Positions 7,040 to 12,240 of a stretch of DNA of 12,240 bases are shown here, piece by piece. The stretch is from Coraliomargaritaceae bacterium (lineage in GTDB: Bacteria; Verrucomicrobiota; Verrucomicrobiia; Opitutales; Coraliomargaritaceae): positions 1-12,240 of the forward strand of contig CBFHKU010000021.1 in NCBI GenBank assembly GCA_965656495.1, in the 5' to 3' direction. The notes under the pieces are model-generated. The model made no database searches. It worked only from the letters and a program-made list of their open reading frames with translations, and was not told the DNA's origin. Each line of letters opens with the position of its first letter. Positions within the stretch are counted from its first letter, which is position 1. The position numbers were made by a program, and so were the translations under genes.

Positions 7040-7834
7040 ATGGGATCTTCACTTAGGAAAATACCAATTTTTGTCATAAATCTAGATCGACGCAGAGATA
7101 GAATGGATGCAATGCATAGACGTTTAAAAGGGCTAAGCTATGAACGTTTTTCCGCTGTTGACGGCGCACGAAGTAGCATTGTTAAGGAGCAAGTAGAATC
7201 ATCTAATAATACGGTTTATCCGATGTCGCCAAATGAGTTTGCGTGTATTTTAAGCCATTTAAAACTATATGAGCATATCATCAAGGTAGGTTTTCCTTAT
7301 GCTTGCATACTTGAAGATGATGTCATTCTGAGCAAAGAATTCTCAAGTTTTATCATTGATGACGGGTGGATTCCTGAAGGTTTTGATTTGATAAAATTTG
7401 AAACAATGCATGAACGCGTTTGGTTATCGAGGTCGAGTCAACCAGTCAAAACGGGTAAGTTACATAAACTCGGTTCCTTTCACGCAGGTACTGCTGCTTA
7501 TATTGTTTCTATGCGTGGGGCACTAAAGCTAAGTAAAATTTTGAGCAAGCCTGATCAAGCGGCAGATGATTTAATCTTTAAGAAGACTATCGAAAAAAAG
7601 TTAATGGATGTTTGGCAGATAAACCCAGCTCTTTGTGTACAAGAGTTTGCTGTAATGGATGAATTTTCACAGAGTGATATCGTCAGCGGTCGCGAGAATC
7701 TACGTTCGACTTACCGCGTGAAACCAAAGGGTCTGGCTAAATTAAAACGTGAACTAAAACGTCCTTTTTTACAGATTTTCGAGATGCGCCGCCATCTAAT
7801 AGAACAACAGACAATCGTTGGTTTTAAGCAATGA
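7040..7834 (+). CDS. Glycosyltransferase family 25 (LOS/LPS beta-galactosyl/glucosyltransferase-like), about 264 aa
   Basis: IFVINLDRRRDR, RFSAVDG, EFACILSH, ILEDD, GTAAYIVS, AADD. ATG 7040 is preferred over the TTG at 6962 because the domain starts right after it. Confidence 0.92.
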   Translation: MGSSLRKIPIFVINLDRRRDRMDAMHRRLKGLSYERFSAVDGARSSIVKEQVESSNNTVYPMSPNEFACILSHLKLYEHIIKVGFPYACILEDDVILSKEFSSFIIDDGWIPEGFDLIKFETMHERVWLSRSSQPVKTGKLHKLGSFHAGTAAYIVSMRGALKLSKILSKPDQAADDLIFKKTIEKKLMDVWQINPALCVQEFAVMDEFSQSDIVSGRENLRSTYRVKPKGLAKLKRELKRPFLQIFEMRRHLIEQQTIVGFKQ

Positions 7835-8577
7835 CAGACTGTGAAAAAAGAACTTTAGCCATTAGTGTAATCATGGTAAGTTTTAATGAACGAGTCACTA
7901 TATCTGCGACTTGTGAGAGTATAGTTTCGCAGAGATATGAGAATTCAGAATGGATAGTAGTAGATGGTGCTTCAACAGATGGAACGCTTGGTATATTAAA
8001 TAGCTATGCGGCGATGATAGATGTTTTTATCTCGGAGCCAGACTCGGGTATATATGACGCTATGAATAAAGGAATACAGTGCGCAAAGGGCGAGTATGTC
8101 ATCTTTATGAATGCTGGAGATTGCTTTGCTGGGTGCGACGTTTTGAACACTGTTAGTAAGCAACTCAAAACAGATTTAGTTATTGGTAATTTAAAACTTG
8201 CTAGTAGTGAGGTAGTGAAGAAATTCCCGAAGGTGCTTCCTAGGGATTATCTCTTAAAAAATATGCTTCCCCACCAATCCACTTTCTTCAGAAGAGGCTT
8301 ATTCCAAGAATTTGGCTTTTTTGATACCTCATTTCGGATTGCCGGAGATTATGAGATGTTTGCACGCCTAATACAATCAGGGAGAGTAAGCTATCATAGT
8401 ATTGATAAAACAATTGCGATTTTTGATGCGGGCGGGGTTAGCTCTGATAAAAAAATGCGTCAGTTAAGGAAACGTGAAAACCACAAAGTGAGATGGAAAT
8501 ATTTCAAAAAGTATCGCTTTTCTCTGAAGGGAATACGTCAGCAGGTCAGGAATTTCCTTTTATCAGCTAGTTACTAA
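7831..8577 (+). CDS. Glycosyltransferase family 2 (WfgS/WcaE-like), 248 aa
   Basis: ISVIMVSFN, WIVVDGASTDGT, SEPDSGIYDAMNKGI, FMNAGD, PHQSTF, FDTSFRIAGDYE. ATGA overlap with the GT25 gene. Confidence 0.93.
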   Translation: MTDCEKRTLAISVIMVSFNERVTISATCESIVSQRYENSEWIVVDGASTDGTLGILNSYAAMIDVFISEPDSGIYDAMNKGIQCAKGEYVIFMNAGDCFAGCDVLNTVSKQLKTDLVIGNLKLASSEVVKKFPKVLPRDYLLKNMLPHQSTFFRRGLFQEFGFFDTSFRIAGDYEMFARLIQSGRVSYHSIDKTIAIFDAGGVSSDKKMRQLRKRENHKVRWKYFKKYRFSLKGIRQQVRNFLLSASY

Positions 8578-8619
8578 ATTCAAAATCACTAAATGCACAA
8601 ATTGCTTTAGGGGTACAAT

Positions 8620-9528
8620 TTAAAATAGGCGCTTCTCGGTTTTTTTACCCCAGCGGCTGCGATTGCGACGGTAGGCTGATTCGTAGGGCTGGTCAAAGAT
8701 GTGCTTTAGGAAGTTGGTAAAGGTAGTATCCCGCCACTCGGTGGGCTCCTCGCCGTTAATAAACCAGGGTTCGGATAACATGGCGCGGTAGGCGTCGTCG
8801 TCACAGTCGAGCTCGCGGACGCGTGCAAGGAGGGAAGCCATGCTGCTGAAGTCGTGGCAGTTGATGAAAGCCTTGGGATTAATGAATTGAGTTATTGTTG
8901 GGTCGCCCCAGTAGATGGGAATGGCGTTCGATTGGGCGGCTTGAGCAAACTTTTCGGTGAGATAACCGGGGGCGGAATAGTTTTCCACGGCTAGGACAAA
9001 TTTGTAGGCAGTTTGAAATGCGATTTTGTCGGGGACGGGGCCACCCACATTGTTGCGCCATTTACCGCCTAGGGCGACTGATTTATAGGTGTCCAGCGTG
9101 TCAACGAACTGTTCGCGCTCGGGCGCGCTATTCTTGGTGTTGGACATCACGTAGGCACAGAAGCCTGTTTTTTGTGCAAGCACCTCATTGGCGGGCGGGC
9201 GCGGCGTGCATAGGCTGGCGTAGGCTGCGCGAAAAAGTTTGATTAGAGGCAAGCGGCAGTATCGGTCGCCAAATTCGATTGGATCAAAAGCGAGGGCATA
9301 GTCGCAGACGTTAAAGTTGGGGATGACGTATTCCCCGGTAAGGAAGATGCGGATCCCGGAGTATTTTAGGACTTTGTTGCCCATGCAGGAATGGAAGACG
9401 TAATCGGCGTCACGAGCTTGGGTGAATTGCAGCTCGTAATGATCTTCAATGATGGGAAGAATCGCCTCAATGATTTCCGGCTTCTTGCCGGCATCTACAA
9501 TAGCAATGCGTTTAAGGGGCTTAGGCAT
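8620..9528 (-). CDS. Glycosyltransferase family 10, alpha-1,3/4-fucosyltransferase (FucT-like), 302 aa
   Basis: [40 protein letters not shown], and the GT10 motif YKFVLAVEN...GYLTEK...IPIYWG, NPKAFIN. Confidence 0.93.
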   Translation of the reverse strand: MPKPLKRIAIVDAGKKPEIIEAILPIIEDHYELQFTQARDADYVFHSCMGNKVLKYSGIRIFLTGEYVIPNFNVCDYALAFDPIEFGDRYCRLPLIKLFRAAYASLCTPRPPANEVLAQKTGFCAYVMSNTKNSAPEREQFVDTLDTYKSVALGGKWRNNVGGPVPDKIAFQTAYKFVLAVENYSAPGYLTEKFAQAAQSNAIPIYWGDPTITQFINPKAFINCHDFSSMASLLARVRELDCDDDAYRAMLSEPWFINGEEPTEWRDTTFTNFLKHIFDQPYESAYRRNRSRWGKKTEKRLF

Positions 9529-9534
9529 GATGTA

Positions 9535-10248
9535 TTACTTTCGTGTATAAATCTCATCACAGCCGATGCATTTATGAAGGGAATATTCTCTGGATGAAAG
9601 GAATTCAAAAAGCGAAGCAGAACGAGAACCATTCTCTACACTAATTACTTTTGCGGGATTTTTCTCGAAATTGAAAGTTTGTAAGATTGGAAGTTCACAT
9701 CCTTCGGTGTCGACGGATAGAAAATCAATCTCTGTGATTGAGAAGCGTTTCAAGAGGGTGGCGGGTGTTATAGCCTCAATTTTGATCAGTTCTTGATCAC
9801 CGCCATTTTCAGAAATTTCTTTCTCAATGCGTTCTTTGTGATGTGGGTCCATGAAGGAGTAGATGCCAGACAACATGTTCGCGGGGCCCTCAACGGCAAG
9901 AAAGTCCACCCAGCCATCCTTGTCGGCGATACATGCATTCACGCAGTGGCAGTGACGGTTCTGCTGGAGTTTGTTGAAGATACTCGGGTGGGGTTCAATA
10001 CAAATGCCTTGCCAGCCTTTTTCTTCGAATAGCAAACTATTTGAAATGGTAATGCCGTCGTTAGCGCCGATATCAATAAAGACACCGGTTGCAGGTTTTC
10101 CAAGTAATTCGAATGCAACTAGGTCTTGGCCGTATTGGCTGTGGCCATCATTTCTGCAGTTCTTTTTACGGCGCTTTCGCTTTAAATACCAATAAAGTGT
10201 ATTATTTTTAAATCGTTGGCTGAGTGATGCAAGTGACACGCATTCCAT
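9535..10248 (-). CDS. FkbM-family SAM-dependent methyltransferase, 237 aa
   Basis: [49 protein letters not shown]. Start overlaps the upstream gene by 41 nt. Confidence 0.92.
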   Translation of the reverse strand: MECVSLASLSQRFKNNTLYWYLKRKRRKKNCRNDGHSQYGQDLVAFELLGKPATGVFIDIGANDGITISNSLLFEEKGWQGICIEPHPSIFNKLQQNRHCHCVNACIADKDGWVDFLAVEGPANMLSGIYSFMDPHHKERIEKEISENGGDQELIKIEAITPATLLKRFSITEIDFLSVDTEGCELPILQTFNFEKNPAKVISVENGSRSASLFEFLSSREYSLHKCIGCDEIYTRK

Positions 10249-11241
10249 AAATCACTTGAAGCATCGCTGTAGTCATGGCGCAAGCCTTGAAATTTTTATG
10301 CGAGATTTCCCAACCTTGGCGGGCCGTTTCGCGCCAAGCTTCTGTTTTCAGCTTGCTGCTTAATTGTTCGATGAGGTCGGCGGTATCACGGTAGTAAAGC
10401 ATCGCTTGCTCCCCGTAGAGTTCTTGCAGGCCGTTGTCTGCACGCGTACAGGTGAGGAGTCCGTTGCCCAAGAGCGTTGCAATGCGGTCGGAGCTATACC
10501 AAGGCATAGCCTCCGGTAGACGGGTTAGATTGAGGGCCGCTTTACTGCGAGATAGAACCGCTTCTTTCTCTGCGCCATAGATGCCGGGGCGATCCAGTGA
10601 ACCAAAAATGCCCAGCTTCAATTCTTTTCCTAATGCGGATTCAATTTCGAGAAGGGTTTTGCGTCGTTCGGGGTCCTTACGGTCGGTGCCAAAAAAAACG
10701 AGATCGTAGTCAAAGGTAACATTTTCAAAAGCGCGGTGCCGTTCGATCGCAGGGTGGACGAGATTTGGAATAAAGGCGGTACGGCAACCCTTTTGATTGA
10801 AAGCTTCCAATTTTTCACCGCCTGTCGTGGCAAAGAATGCATCCAGCAAATGAAGCCGTTCAAAAATATATTCAAATTTGAAGGCGCGTTTACTGTAGAA
10901 CCAATCGCAAAACCACTGGGCGATTTTAATTTTTGGATTTTCGCGACGAATAGTTTCGAGTGTTCGCAGCGTAATGGATTGAGAGTGCCCGAGTAGAAGT
11001 AAATCTGGGCGAATTTTGCAACAGGTCTCGATGAGGGAACGATTGGCCTTTGTCGCACCTGCTCGTTTGCTGTTGGTCCAGCTCAACTGACGGCTGATAT
11101 CATGAACCGGAAAGGGGTAAACATAATGCCCGTTTTCGCCAAGCCCTTGATGGATCTTTTGGTCCATCGTATCAAATTTATCGCCATGTTTGTTGTAATG
11201 AAAATTACAAGCGTGCACGATCCGTAAACTATCGACTCGGG

Positions 11242-11245
<4 letters not shown>
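10208..11245 (-). CDS. GT-B fold glycosyltransferase (CgeB/Glyco_trans_1_2-like), 345 aa
   Basis: [72 protein letters not shown] overlap with the upstream GT2 gene. Confidence 0.82.
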
Positions 11246-12030
<785 letters not shown>

Positions 12031-12066
12031 GGGCACATCATGGAGTTCTGGTGGAATTGAAGTCAA
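12031..12066 (-). promoter_or_regulatory. Putative sigma70 promoter of the GT2-GT-FkbM-FucT operon, leaderless geometry
   Basis: Minus strand: TTGACT (12066-12061), 18 nt, CATGAT (12042-12037), 6 nt, ATG (12030). Confidence 0.55.
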
Positions 12067-12198
12067 TGCATCGTAGCGATTGAAATAATTATACAAAATT
12101 TTATCGAAAAATAAAATTATATCTTGAAAGCAATCATTCAAGTTTAAGGGCGAGGGCTTGACCTTGCTTGCTCGTATATCTTGAGGATTGTTGCCTGC

Positions 12199-12240
12199 AT
12201 GCGACTTAAAGTGAAGTTTCGGTTATTGTTGGGCTGGGGC
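12199..12240 (+). CDS. Possible 5' end of a divergent gene (signal-peptide-like), runs off the right edge
   Basis: ATG 12199 gives [14 protein letters not shown] (basic then hydrophobic), open to the edge. Only 14 codons are visible. Confidence 0.3.
   Translation, partial: MRLKVKFRLLLGWG

Noticed and set aside
6089..10698. A8 tracts at 6089-6096 and 10691-10698 as phase-variation sites
   Set aside because: Short A/T runs are expected in AT-rich genes, both frames are intact, and there are no long G/C tracts.
12031..12141. ORF-track N-terminal extensions (also 2167-2247, 2250-2267, 2480-2500, 6962-7039)
   Set aside because: They run through promoter-like or upstream-gene sequence. The conserved domains begin at the downstream ATGs.

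Overview
Bacterial cell-envelope (lipid A/LPS and surface glycan) biosynthesis region in two parts. The left part (1-5413, GC-rich) holds the 5' end of an MsbA-like ABC exporter, a DegT-family sugar aminotransferase, an ELM1/GtrOC1-like protein and an LpxL/HtrB-type acyltransferase. Three apparently intact VapBC (PIN toxin) modules are interleaved with these genes. Each module has its own sigma70-like promoter with leaderless geometry and lies directly upstream of, or overlaps, an envelope gene (msbA-like, ELM1-like, lpxL-like). The right part (5414-12240, compositional mosaic) is a glycan-tailoring cluster: pyruvyltransferase, GT25, GT2, GT10 alpha-1,3-fucosyltransferase, FkbM methyltransferase, a GT-B glycosyltransferase and a WaaE/KdtX-like GT2. 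No RNA genes, CRISPR arrays, transposases or integrases were recognised. All product calls rest on motif recognition by eye, not on database searches.
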